Source: an archaeon (GTDB taxonomy: Archaea; Micrarchaeota; Micrarchaeia; Anstonellales; Anstonellaceae). From it: 64,000 nt of DNA. Position 1 is the stretch's first letter. Every line of letters starts with the position of its first letter. Below the pieces are notes generated by a model that was given only the letters and a program-made list of their open reading frames with translations, was not told the DNA's origin and ran no database searches. The stretch covers positions 3,078-67,077 of the forward strand of contig JAGVHI010000007.1 of the NCBI GenBank assembly GCA_020056635.1. Reading direction: 5' to 3'. Shown piece after piece: positions 54,626 through 63,340 of this stretch. Made by a program: the position numbers and the translations under genes.

Positions 54626-55111
54626 CTATTGCTCGAATTTCCCCATATCCCTAAGCTTGTTTAGGTAATTTTCGCAAGAATCGGAAATCAATTTCCTGTC
54701 CAACTCACTCGTTTGCCTAAGCACTTTCGCAGGCACTCCAGCAACCAGGCTGTTTGCAGGTATTTTCATGTTCTCGGTCACCACTGCCCCTGCCGCAATT
54801 ATGCTCCACTCCCCAATTTCGCAGCCTGAAAGCAGTGTTGCATTCATCCCAACTAAGACGTTATCCCCTACTCTGCATCCATGCACGATTGCACCATGCC
54901 CTACTGTCACATGCTTCCCAATAGAAACATCCTTCCCGTGCAGCACGCAGCATTCCTGAATGCTGGTTTCATCCCCTACAACAATAGCCCCTTCATCGGC
55001 CCTAATCGCAGCAAACGCGGCAATATATACATTCTTGCCAATGGCAGCTTTCGCATCCACTTCCGATTTCGGATGTATGAAACCCATTTGAAAAAACCTG
55101 CCCGCACTCAC
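54626..55111 (-). CDS. Gamma-carbonic-anhydrase-like / hexapeptide-repeat protein (YrdA/PaaY family)
   Basis: Left-handed beta-helix hexapeptide repeats with a His-containing motif (CVLHG...VGHGAIVHG). The GTG at 55111 overlaps the upstream TGA (GTGA coupling). The ATG at 55087 is an alternative. Confidence 0.8.
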   Translation of the reverse strand: MSAGRFFQMGFIHPKSEVDAKAAIGKNVYIAAFAAIRADEGAIVVGDETSIQECCVLHGKDVSIGKHVTVGHGAIVHGCRVGDNVLVGMNATLLSGCEIGEWSIIAAGAVVTENMKIPANSLVAGVPAKVLRQTSELDRKLISDSCENYLNKLRDMGKFEQ

Positions 55112-56310
55112 GCGCCGCCCTCAACCACTCTCTTAATCCTTGCAACCCCCTCGATAATTTTGTCTTTTGCAGTTGCATAACTGAGCCTGATGTGCTGCTC
55201 ATTGTCCCCTGGGTTCCTCCTGCCAAAGTGCTTGTCCGCAAGCACCGCAACCCCGTTCTCCAAAAGCAGCTTCCGCAATTCCTCAGAGTCCGCAACCCCG
55301 AGCTTTTTGCACGCTGCAGTGACATTCGGGAAAACGTAGAACGCTCCGCCTGGCATTAGGCATTTCACCCCTTCAATCTCATTTAGCAGTTTGACAGTCA
55401 AATCCCTCCTCTCATGGAAACTATCGACCATTTTCCGGCTTTCCTCCTGCGGCCCGTCCAGCGCTTCCATCAGCGCGTATTGGGACATGTGGTTTGCGCA
55501 GCTCTCGGTATTTGTGATCCAGCGCGCAAAGTACGGCCCGAGCGTCGGGTTTGCAGCATACCCGAGCCTCCAGCCGGTCATCGCATACCCCTTGGACGCC
55601 CCATCGCAAATTATTGTGCGCTCATACATTCCAGGAAGCGATGCGATGCTTGCAAACTCCCTGTCATAAGTAAGCGGCCTGTACACCTCGTCAGAATACA
55701 CCCAAAAATCGTGCGTTTTCGCAAGCTTTGCAACCTCTTCCAAATCCTCCAATCTGATTATCCCACCTGTCGGGTTGTGCGGCGAGTTTATTATCAGCAT
55801 TTTCGTGCGCTTGCTTATCCGCGCGCGAAGCTCATCTATTTCAAATGAGAACCCCTTCTTTTCCGAAAGAGGGAGCGGCACAGGGGCCGCGCCGTTTGCT
55901 ATTATCTGGGATTCATAAATCGGGAATCCCGGGTTAGGGTAAATCACCTCATCCCCCACTCCCGGGTCAGTGGTGCACGCAATCGCATATGCGATAAACG
56001 GTTTTGCTCCGTTTGCAATCGCCACGTGCTCAGGCTTCACATCTATTTTTCTTGTGAGCGAGAAATGGCGCGCAACAGACTCGCGCACAGCGAACACCCC
56101 TGCTGAATCCGTATACCCTGTTTTCCCCTCATTTATCGCGCGGATTGCAGCCTCCTTGATGTTCCTTGGCGTGTCAAAATCCGGCTGACCTATGCAAAAG
56201 CTTATCACGTCCTTCCCTTCCCTAACTCGCTTGTTCACTTCAGCAAGCGCCTCAAAAGCAGTCTCTGTACCCAACCCCTTTGTCCGTTTGGAAATTTCCA
56301 TTAAACCCAC
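55108..56310 (-). CDS. Class I/II pyridoxal-phosphate aminotransferase (aspartate aminotransferase-like)
   Basis: SPHNPTGG, the SKGYAMTGWRLGY lysine motif, and a 400-aa length. Confidence 0.9.
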   Translation of the reverse strand: MGLMEISKRTKGLGTETAFEALAEVNKRVREGKDVISFCIGQPDFDTPRNIKEAAIRAINEGKTGYTDSAGVFAVRESVARHFSLTRKIDVKPEHVAIANGAKPFIAYAIACTTDPGVGDEVIYPNPGFPIYESQIIANGAAPVPLPLSEKKGFSFEIDELRARISKRTKMLIINSPHNPTGGIIRLEDLEEVAKLAKTHDFWVYSDEVYRPLTYDREFASIASLPGMYERTIICDGASKGYAMTGWRLGYAANPTLGPYFARWITNTESCANHMSQYALMEALDGPQEESRKMVDSFHERRDLTVKLLNEIEGVKCLMPGGAFYVFPNVTAACKKLGVADSEELRKLLLENGVAVLADKHFGRRNPGDNEQHIRLSYATAKDKIIEGVARIKRVVEGGA

Positions 56311-56453
56311 CTTTGCCTAATCTTGCGCAGCTAATGCTGGCGCAATTGCCCACCTTTGCTTCCTTTTCCCCTGAAAATTAAAGAACGTTACTGCCCGCCC
56401 CTCCAATTTCCAAAAGGAATAAATACGATGACTGAATAAGGCGCTTGGGGAGC

Positions 56454-57194
56454 ATGGCAAGGGAACGAGAAGTCTATCTGGACAAGGAGGGCAGCTGTCG
56501 GTTCCGAGACAACAACCGGCTGGTCCACCACGAGGTTGCTGAGCTCAAGCTTGGAAGGAAGCTCAAATCCGGCGAGGAAGTGCATCACATAGACGGCGAC
56601 CGGAAGAACAACAACCCATTCAACCTCCAGATAGTAAAGAAAGAGGAGCACAAGCAGATACACAGCATGCACGAGATGCTCCACCACTACCAGCGCTCGA
56701 CAGAGGCGCAAAACTCGAGGCGCGAGATTGGGGAGGAGATGCGTTCACGGCGCAGAAGAGCCCTATCAGGCGCTGCATCCGCCCTCCCGAACTCCCTGCT
56801 CTTTATCGCAAAGGAGGCAATCTGCATCCTCACTGCGGCTTTTTTCATAATCGGCTGCACGCATGCGCTTGATTTTATCTGGGCCAGGCTGCCGCAATCA
56901 GGGGCACTTGGAATAATCAAGGGCGGGCTATTTGCCCTATCCTACCTTTTCGGGCTGGTGATTTTCATTCTAGCAAACAAATTCGCAAAGCCGCTTAATT
57001 TCACGCTAAAAGGCGCAATCGAGGCCGTGGCAGGCCTTGCAGGGCTACTCGTTCCGGCATTGCTCCTTTACGCGCTCTCAGTGCTTCTTGAGCGGGGCGG
57101 ATTCGGGCTGCTGGAAAGCCCGCTTGCATTGCTCCTTGCCCCATGCGGCATAATCTCGGTGCTCGCAATACGCAAGCTGGTTAAGGAAAGTTAA
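56454..57194 (+). CDS. HNH endonuclease domain fused to a four-helix membrane domain
   Basis: LVHHEVAELKLGRKLKSGEEVHHIDGDRKNNNPFNLQIVKKEEHKQIH (an HNH signature), followed by four hydrophobic helices. Confidence 0.7.
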   Translation: MAREREVYLDKEGSCRFRDNNRLVHHEVAELKLGRKLKSGEEVHHIDGDRKNNNPFNLQIVKKEEHKQIHSMHEMLHHYQRSTEAQNSRREIGEEMRSRRRRALSGAASALPNSLLFIAKEAICILTAAFFIIGCTHALDFIWARLPQSGALGIIKGGLFALSYLFGLVIFILANKFAKPLNFTLKGAIEAVAGLAGLLVPALLLYALSVLLERGGFGLLESPLALLLAPCGIISVLAIRKLVKES

Positions 57195-57219
57195 ATAATT
57201 CACTCAAGGATAACGGTGC

Positions 57220-59208
57220 GTGGACCCCAGCTACCTAATCATCCTGCTGCTCTCCCTAATCCCATTCATCGAGGCCCGCGGAGCCATGTTTGTCGGGTTC
57301 TCAATGGGCATCACTTCCCCGTGGGTTTATGCAGCATGCTTCCTGCTAAATACAGCCCAGGCGCTCCTCTACCCGCAAATATTCCGAAGGACTCGCATTT
57401 CAGAAGGCGGCTTTTCCAAGAAAATAATCCAAAGGGCGAAAAAAGCATTCCCATACGGGTACCAGTCCGCATTTTTCCTAATCGGGATACCCGCTCCAGG
57501 GAACGGTATAAATGTGTTCAGCTCAAGCCTTCTCTCCCACGTGCTTGACCTGAAAAACTCGGTCCGCTGGATAGTGCTTGGGGCAGCCTTGCGGGATGTG
57601 CTTACCTTCGTGCTGCTCTCCGGTGCATATTTCACTGCCAGCGCCTTCTCGCTCCAAAGCCTGCTGCAGGTATTGTTCCTTGGGTTCCTGGGCCTCATAC
57701 TCTACCACAACCGCCAGGAATATTTGGATTTTTTCGGGTTGAAAATAAGGAAAGGGTACTCGCTTCGGTGGGCTGCGATAGGAGCAGGCTCACTCGCGCT
57801 AATCGCAATCATATTGCTTAGCCAGGATGCTGCGCTTGTTGCAAAGCATGCATTTTCCATTGTAATGTACGGCAAATCTGATGGGAAGATGCTCTTATTG
57901 TTCGGGCTCTTCGCCCTCCTCCCCCTGATACGGTCAAAAGTGGAGCAAAAGCCGGCATCTACGGAAACCGACCATCGCATCTACTTTTTGTTTTTCGTGC
58001 TTATCGCAATCCTTGCGTTAGGCTCCATCCTGATTGCTTCCTGGCTGATTTTAGGCGCCGGCGCAAAGTCAGAGGCAGCAGGGATTGCGGAAATTCCGCT
58101 CCAGAACGCAACAGCCCGGTTTTTCCTGCTCGATGGGAGATTCTATACAGGCTACATTGATTCGCCGGTCCGCCTGTCCCACAACCATGTGCTCAAGCCT
58201 GCCGCTTTCCTTCCACTCTCCTACCTTGATGGCTGGCCAGGCATATCCCGGTTTGACATCGGGCTCCCCATCGCCCCATGGGTCCCCTCTGCCGCCCTCC
58301 TGCTACTCTTTGTCACGTTCTGCATGCTCGCGCTTGCGGCAATCGGCGCATTTTGCCGGCTCGGTGCGCTGCGCGGGCTGCTGTTCATCCTGATATTCTT
58401 TGCAGCTGCAGGCGCAGTAGTGGATGCAGGCCCGCTCTCCGAAATCTTCAAATCATCGTTTGTTGCACTCGCAATTCTGCTTCCGTTTGGGAAGAATGAC
58501 GGGCGGCTCAAGATGGTGTTGGCATTTGTCGCAATCGCAATCCTTGCATCCGACCTGCTTTCGCTATATATGCAGGGTGCAATAGAGCAAGAGGGCTACC
58601 TGCAATCCGCATTCCTGCTTTCAATCGCGCTTGCAGCTGCAAGGCCATCTCCAGAAAAGCTTCTCTACCTCGCAGCGCTTCTGATCGTGCTTTTCCATTT
58701 CGCAAGCTTCGGGGAATTGGTTCCTGCTGACAATTTTCAGGAGGCAATCCATGGAAAGGACGTGCTAGTTTTCCTGGATGATAAGCAGGCTTCGGCATAC
58801 AAGTTTGCAATCGAGCCTAAGCTGCGCCAAATTGGCGGTTTGACCACTGCCGCATTTTTCACGAATTTCTCAGGCGAGAAAATAACTGATGCATTTTCCG
58901 GCCCGGCCCCAAAGGAGCTCCAGGCTGAATACATGTGCGTTGCAAACTATTCCGAAGTTCCGCCCACATTGGCAATAGTCCAATCCAGCTGCAATTCTCT
59001 TGGGCTTGAAAAGCCTGTGCTCCTAAACTACTCCGAATATGATACACGCGCAACTCTTACTCCAATGCAAAACGATGGCTCCTGCCTTGTGCTGATTGAA
59101 ATTTCAGGGAAATTTGCTTCGTGCAGGCTGCTTGCGCTCTCCTACCTTCACGCCAATTGGGGCAACAGGAGCGTAAAAGGAGTGCTGCTCTCTCCGGCCT
59201 ACCGCTAG
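57220..59208 (+). CDS. Large polytopic membrane protein (662 aa), N-terminus resembling the small multidrug-export (COG2426-like) family
   Basis: GTG start. LSLIPFIEARGAMFVGFSMGI ... FLIGIPAPGNGINV, then >10 further TM helices and a ~150-aa soluble C-terminus. Confidence 0.7.
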   Translation: MDPSYLIILLLSLIPFIEARGAMFVGFSMGITSPWVYAACFLLNTAQALLYPQIFRRTRISEGGFSKKIIQRAKKAFPYGYQSAFFLIGIPAPGNGINVFSSSLLSHVLDLKNSVRWIVLGAALRDVLTFVLLSGAYFTASAFSLQSLLQVLFLGFLGLILYHNRQEYLDFFGLKIRKGYSLRWAAIGAGSLALIAIILLSQDAALVAKHAFSIVMYGKSDGKMLLLFGLFALLPLIRSKVEQKPASTETDHRIYFLFFVLIAILALGSILIASWLILGAGAKSEAAGIAEIPLQNATARFFLLDGRFYTGYIDSPVRLSHNHVLKPAAFLPLSYLDGWPGISRFDIGLPIAPWVPSAALLLLFVTFCMLALAAIGAFCRLGALRGLLFILIFFAAAGAVVDAGPLSEIFKSSFVALAILLPFGKNDGRLKMVLAFVAIAILASDLLSLYMQGAIEQEGYLQSAFLLSIALAAARPSPEKLLYLAALLIVLFHFASFGELVPADNFQEAIHGKDVLVFLDDKQASAYKFAIEPKLRQIGGLTTAAFFTNFSGEKITDAFSGPAPKELQAEYMCVANYSEVPPTLAIVQSSCNSLGLEKPVLLNYSEYDTRATLTPMQNDGSCLVLIEISGKFASCRLLALSYLHANWGNRSVKGVLLSPAYR

Positions 59209-59213
59209 CTTTT

Positions 59214-59552
59214 CTAAGGAGAGGAGGCGCCGCTTGGGATGCAGGTTATGTCGGGCCCATAAATCGTCTTTAGCACAGGCGGCGCCACTGCTGCAATCAG
59301 TATTGCAATCATCGCGCCTGTAAGCGCGGCAGTGGCCCAGACATTTGCGCGCGCCCTTGTTTCAGCGCCCATCATCTGCCCGCCAGCGTAAATGACTGCA
59401 GCAACCACCACCATCAGCATCCCGGCAACCGGGAGCAGGCCCTGGAGGCCGATGCACAGGTCTGAAATGGCACGAAGCACCGAATCCGTGGGGGCAGCGC
59501 TGGAAATGGACAGAAAAGCAAAGGAAAGCAGCAGCGATAGCCTAAACCACAT
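59214..59552 (-). CDS. Small secreted two-helix membrane protein with VirB2/TrbC-pilin-like topology
   Basis: Signal-like MWFRLSLLLSFAFLSISSAAP, then two long hydrophobic helices separated by a short basic loop (GAETRARAN). The start at 59552 is chosen to avoid the divergent gene. Confidence 0.45.
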   Translation of the reverse strand: MWFRLSLLLSFAFLSISSAAPTDSVLRAISDLCIGLQGLLPVAGMLMVVVAAVIYAGGQMMGAETRARANVWATAALTGAMIAILIAAVAPPVLKTIYGPDITCIPSGASSP

Positions 59553-59631
59553 AGCCCCAATCTTGAAGGAAAAGGAATATAAGCGATGCGCGTTCCCAAT
59601 CTGCGCGCAACAGCTTAGCATAGGTGATACA

Positions 59632-60123
59632 ATGGCAATCAGAATATTCCTCACAGGCGGCACATTTGACAAGGAGTACAACGAGCTAAACGGCACTCTC
59701 TATTTCAAGGACAGCCACGTGCCTGAGATGCTGAGGCTTGCACGGTGCGAAACCGAGTTCGAGGTCCGCACGCTCATGATGATGGACAGCCTGCAGATGG
59801 CAGAAACAGAGCGCAAAATAATCCTGGACAACTGCAGATCGTGCCCTGATGACAAGATAATAATCACGCACGGGACCGATACGATGGTCGAAACGGCAAA
59901 ATATCTCGCCGCAACCAAGCTTGCCAAAACCATCGTTCTCACTGGGGCGATGCGCCCGTACACTTTCGGGAGCTCAGACGGTCTGTTCAACCTGGGGGTT
60001 TCAATAGGCTTTGTGAAAGCATTGCCCCATGGTGTTTACATCGCGATGAACGGGCACTGCTTTAGGCCTGACAACTGCCAAAAGAACAAGAAGCTCGGGA
60101 AATTTGAAAAGCTGCGAAAATAA
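59632..60123 (+). CDS. Stand-alone asparaginase N-terminal-domain protein (163 aa)
   Basis: FLTGGTFDKEY, ITHGTDTMVETA and VLTGAMRP motifs. The ATG at 59632 is preceded by AGGTGAT. Confidence 0.75.
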   Translation: MAIRIFLTGGTFDKEYNELNGTLYFKDSHVPEMLRLARCETEFEVRTLMMMDSLQMAETERKIILDNCRSCPDDKIIITHGTDTMVETAKYLAATKLAKTIVLTGAMRPYTFGSSDGLFNLGVSIGFVKALPHGVYIAMNGHCFRPDNCQKNKKLGKFEKLRK

Positions 60124-60125
60124 AC

Positions 60126-60983
60126 TCACAGCGCAGCGGCAACTCCCAAATTCAGGAGCACAACTGCCATGGCAACTATAAACCCAGCATACGCCAGCGC
60201 AGCTACGCCCCTTGCAAGCCTCTCATCTGGAACTGCCGCAACAGACAGGCATCCCGCCCCAAACCCTGCAAGCAGCAAGCTTAGTGCTGCTGAAAATCCA
60301 CCGAAAAACAGCGCGCAAAGTGCGCAGCATGCCGCAAACAGGGCAGCCGTCCTTTTCCCGAATGCAACTGCAATGGTCCGGTGCCTGGCTTTCAAGTCAG
60401 GCCCGTAATCTGCGATGGAGCTAAATCCATGCATCCCTGCAACCGCAAGCGCTGCAAATGCTATTTTTGCCGGAATGGATGGCACTTCACCCCCGAAGCT
60501 AAAGCCCGCCGCAAACAGCAAATACGCCCCAAGCCCGTTTGAAAGCGAATCAAGCGGGGGCCTCTCCTTGAGCCTTATCGGTGGCGCAGAATATGCGTAA
60601 CCCAGAAGAAGGGCTGCTACAACCAATGCAAAATTCCACGCATTCCTTGAAAAAATGGAAACAATGGCCATGAGCGCGGCGCACAAGATGCCTGCAAAAA
60701 ATGCAACCTCCCTCGCATCCTTCCCGGCTATCGCGCCGCCAACCAATCCTTTTCTCGCATTCCTCTTGTCCGATGCATAATCATACGCGTCATTTACCCC
60801 AAAAATGAAAAGGCACAGCGGCACGGAAAGCATTAGTGCCTGCACAATTGTGCCAGCCCCCGGTTCCGCATGCGAGTAGAGCAGCCCTGCAACGAACAAA
60901 ATCGGCCCAACTGGCCAGAAAGCCGGCCTGCTTGCCCTCAGGAGGAAAACAAGCTTCCCAAATGCCCCTGGTGCCACTGCCAT
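60126..60983 (-). CDS. UbiA-family prenyltransferase (substrate unknown)
   Basis: VNDAYDYASDKRN (NDxxDxxxD) motif and multiple TM helices. A TTG at 61040 is the alternative start but overlaps msrA by 20 nt. Confidence 0.75.
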   Translation of the reverse strand: MAVAPGAFGKLVFLLRASRPAFWPVGPILFVAGLLYSHAEPGAGTIVQALMLSVPLCLFIFGVNDAYDYASDKRNARKGLVGGAIAGKDAREVAFFAGILCAALMAIVSIFSRNAWNFALVVAALLLGYAYSAPPIRLKERPPLDSLSNGLGAYLLFAAGFSFGGEVPSIPAKIAFAALAVAGMHGFSSIADYGPDLKARHRTIAVAFGKRTAALFAACCALCALFFGGFSAALSLLLAGFGAGCLSVAAVPDERLARGVAALAYAGFIVAMAVVLLNLGVAAAL

Positions 60984-61020
60984 GGTACCCAGATTCCCGC
61001 GCAAGGCTTTTACAAATTCC

Positions 61021-61500
61021 CTAGAAATGGCAGGACGCAATATTGCGCTTTTTTAAATACCCCTGGTGGTATTCTTCCGCAGGGTAAAACTCGCTTGCAG
61101 GAACGATTTCGGTCACAACCGGCTTTTGGAACTTCTTCGATTTTTCAAGCTCGGCTTTTGCTTTTTCCGCCTCTTCTTCCTGCTTTTTCGAATGGAAAAA
61201 AATGGCAGAGCGGTACTGGCTTCCCACATCCGGCCCCTGCCTATTCTTCTGCGTCGGGTCATGGTTTTTGAAAAATATGGAAAGCAGCTTTGCATAAGAA
61301 ATCTCATTGAGGTCAAACTCAATCTCAACAGCTTCAGCATGCCCTGTCCTGCCAGTGCACACCTGCTCATAAGTGGGGTTCTTCACATTCCCGCCGGTAT
61401 AACCGACCGTTGTTTTCTTCACTCCAGGCAGAGTGCGGAAGGTTTCCTGCACCCCCCAGAAGCAGCCAGCTGCAAATATTGCTTTATCAAGCTTTGCCAT
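61021..61500 (-). CDS. msrA: Peptide methionine sulfoxide reductase A
   Basis: The AAGCFWGV catalytic motif and YHQGYL near the C-terminus. Confidence 0.9.
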   Translation of the reverse strand: MAKLDKAIFAAGCFWGVQETFRTLPGVKKTTVGYTGGNVKNPTYEQVCTGRTGHAEAVEIEFDLNEISYAKLLSIFFKNHDPTQKNRQGPDVGSQYRSAIFFHSKKQEEEAEKAKAELEKSKKFQKPVVTEIVPASEFYPAEEYHQGYLKKRNIASCHF

Positions 61501-61523
61501 GCGTAAAGCAGGATTCTCCCGAT

Positions 61524-63095
61524 TTAAGTTCCTTTTCCCGATTTTTTCCCTTTTGGGATTGAGAAAATGTCGAACCCAAGCTTCCCCCTAGCCTCCAATT
61601 CGCTTGCCATGTGCCCGCAAAGCATTTTTTTTATCCTTTCATACTCCTCTTTCCCAACTTCGGTATTCCCGACCGCATACCTCATTGCTTTCACATTGAA
61701 GCACAGTATCGCATTTTCTACATTCTCGCAATTGTGGCACAGGTACGAGTCCTTGCAGGTGTAAGAGCTGTCCACCTCAAAGCAGCGCGCCAGCCCGGTG
61801 GAATCGAAGCAGTTGATGCAGAACTGCGAATTAAGTATGCGAAGGTACCCTCCGAATATGTACTCCGAGTTGATGGAAGAAGTCCCGAAGCCAGAATATT
61901 TCCCGTTTGTGCAGTCCACAAGCCTGTAATTGTGCGCCCCCCCGAACTTCTCTGCAACGTCCACGCAATCCTCGTTCGCCCCGTCCTCAAATTCAAAGCA
62001 CAGCAGCGCTTTTTTGGAAACGCGGCTGAAAATCTCGTCAAGCCCGGGCGACTCGCCCTCCCCTATTTCTATCCTGCTCTCGGCCGATTTGGCCTGTTCT
62101 GACAGCGGCACAAGCCTGTCCGCCGGTATCTGCGCAACTTGTGGCAGGCCTTCAAGCTTGTATGCGGGGCCACCGAGTGCGCCCCTTACTTTCCTGACCT
62201 TCACCGCCCGCTCAAGCAGCCATTGGGCATATTTTTCTGAGGGGTGCAATTCCTTCCCGAGCAGAAGACGCGTGGTTTTGCCGAACGCCTCCTCCACCTT
62301 GGGCGGTACCCGGTTCTCTTGCGCAATCCATTGCGGGTTTTTTCCATCGCTTCCCGCAAGCGCAATGTCGACTATCGAAAAAAGGCGCTTATCCGCGCGC
62401 AGCTTATCTCCCATCTCCCGCGTCAGCTTGTCCTTGAGGGCAAGATACCTGCCCTTCTCAAGCTCGAGGTTTCCGATGCAGAACCGCTTCCCCCTCAAAT
62501 TGAAGGCGAACATGCAGCTTTGGCATCCGATGCAGTTGAACCCGTAATACACTTCGCTCAATTTGGTGGAAAAATAGCACTCGAAGCAGCGGTTGAGGCC
62601 AACCCCCCAAAAGGAGCGCATCGTGTTTCTCGACTGGGGGAAGCCGCTCACTCCGAAAACATTCTCCGAATCGCGCAGGAAGGAGAGATATGCCCCGAAT
62701 TTCACATTGTATACATTATTGGAATGGAATATGCCGACCGAATCAACGCAATTGTCGACCTCTGTGACATTCTGGTTCCTGCCGAACAGCTTGTTCCCGC
62801 AATAAACAACCCGCTCGCCCACAGCCTCAAAAAGCGAATCAATGTCCTTTATCTCATTCACACTCAGCGGTGCAAATTTGAGCTTCCCAATCTCATCCTG
62901 CGATATGAATCTGGCATCCGCTGGATACAGGGAAAGCGAGACCATCACGGTCTTTCCTGACAGGCAGGACTTCTTGACTTGGTACGGCTGCATCATCTCA
63001 GATAGGTACGGCGCGAACTCCTCAAGCTTTCCAATCTCCTGCCCGAACAGCACCCTCGCAGTGGAATCAAAAGCCTGCTGCAGGTCCATGCGCAT
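61524..63095 (-). CDS. Cys-rich hypothetical protein (523 aa) with an internal duplication
   Basis: Two related halves, each ending in a CxxC-rich block: NRCFECYFS...FNCIGCQSCMFAFNLRGKRFCIGN and SQFCINCFDS...YLCHNCENVENAILCFNVKAMRYAVGN. Confidence 0.6.
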   Translation of the reverse strand: MRMDLQQAFDSTARVLFGQEIGKLEEFAPYLSEMMQPYQVKKSCLSGKTVMVSLSLYPADARFISQDEIGKLKFAPLSVNEIKDIDSLFEAVGERVVYCGNKLFGRNQNVTEVDNCVDSVGIFHSNNVYNVKFGAYLSFLRDSENVFGVSGFPQSRNTMRSFWGVGLNRCFECYFSTKLSEVYYGFNCIGCQSCMFAFNLRGKRFCIGNLELEKGRYLALKDKLTREMGDKLRADKRLFSIVDIALAGSDGKNPQWIAQENRVPPKVEEAFGKTTRLLLGKELHPSEKYAQWLLERAVKVRKVRGALGGPAYKLEGLPQVAQIPADRLVPLSEQAKSAESRIEIGEGESPGLDEIFSRVSKKALLCFEFEDGANEDCVDVAEKFGGAHNYRLVDCTNGKYSGFGTSSINSEYIFGGYLRILNSQFCINCFDSTGLARCFEVDSSYTCKDSYLCHNCENVENAILCFNVKAMRYAVGNTEVGKEEYERIKKMLCGHMASELEARGKLGFDIFSIPKGKKSGKGT

Positions 63096-63153
63096 ACTCC
63101 GCAGCCAAGGGTTAAAAATTCGGCTTCCGAATTAACCAGCGCAAGGTGGGATT

Positions 63154-63309
63154 ATGGGAATGAGCAAAAAGGACCTTTCTCGGAAAAAAGCTAACATAAA
63201 GGCAAGGATTGCGGAGCTTGAGCCCAAAGTGCGCATGGACCCTCTCAAGCGGCACCCTGAGTGGCATGACGAGCTTGCTAAGCTGAAAAAGGATTTGGAA
63301 GAGGAATAA
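63154..63309 (+). CDS. Possible small basic/coiled protein (51 aa)
   Basis: An ATG preceded by AAGGTGGGA. MGMSKKDLSRKKANIKARIAELEPKVRMDPLKRHPEWHDELAKLKKDLEEE. Not in the supplied track because it is under 60 aa. Coding status is unproven. Confidence 0.3.
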   Translation: MGMSKKDLSRKKANIKARIAELEPKVRMDPLKRHPEWHDELAKLKKDLEEE

Positions 63310-63340
63310 CCGCTCCTCCAAGCCTCTCCTTAAATTATTT

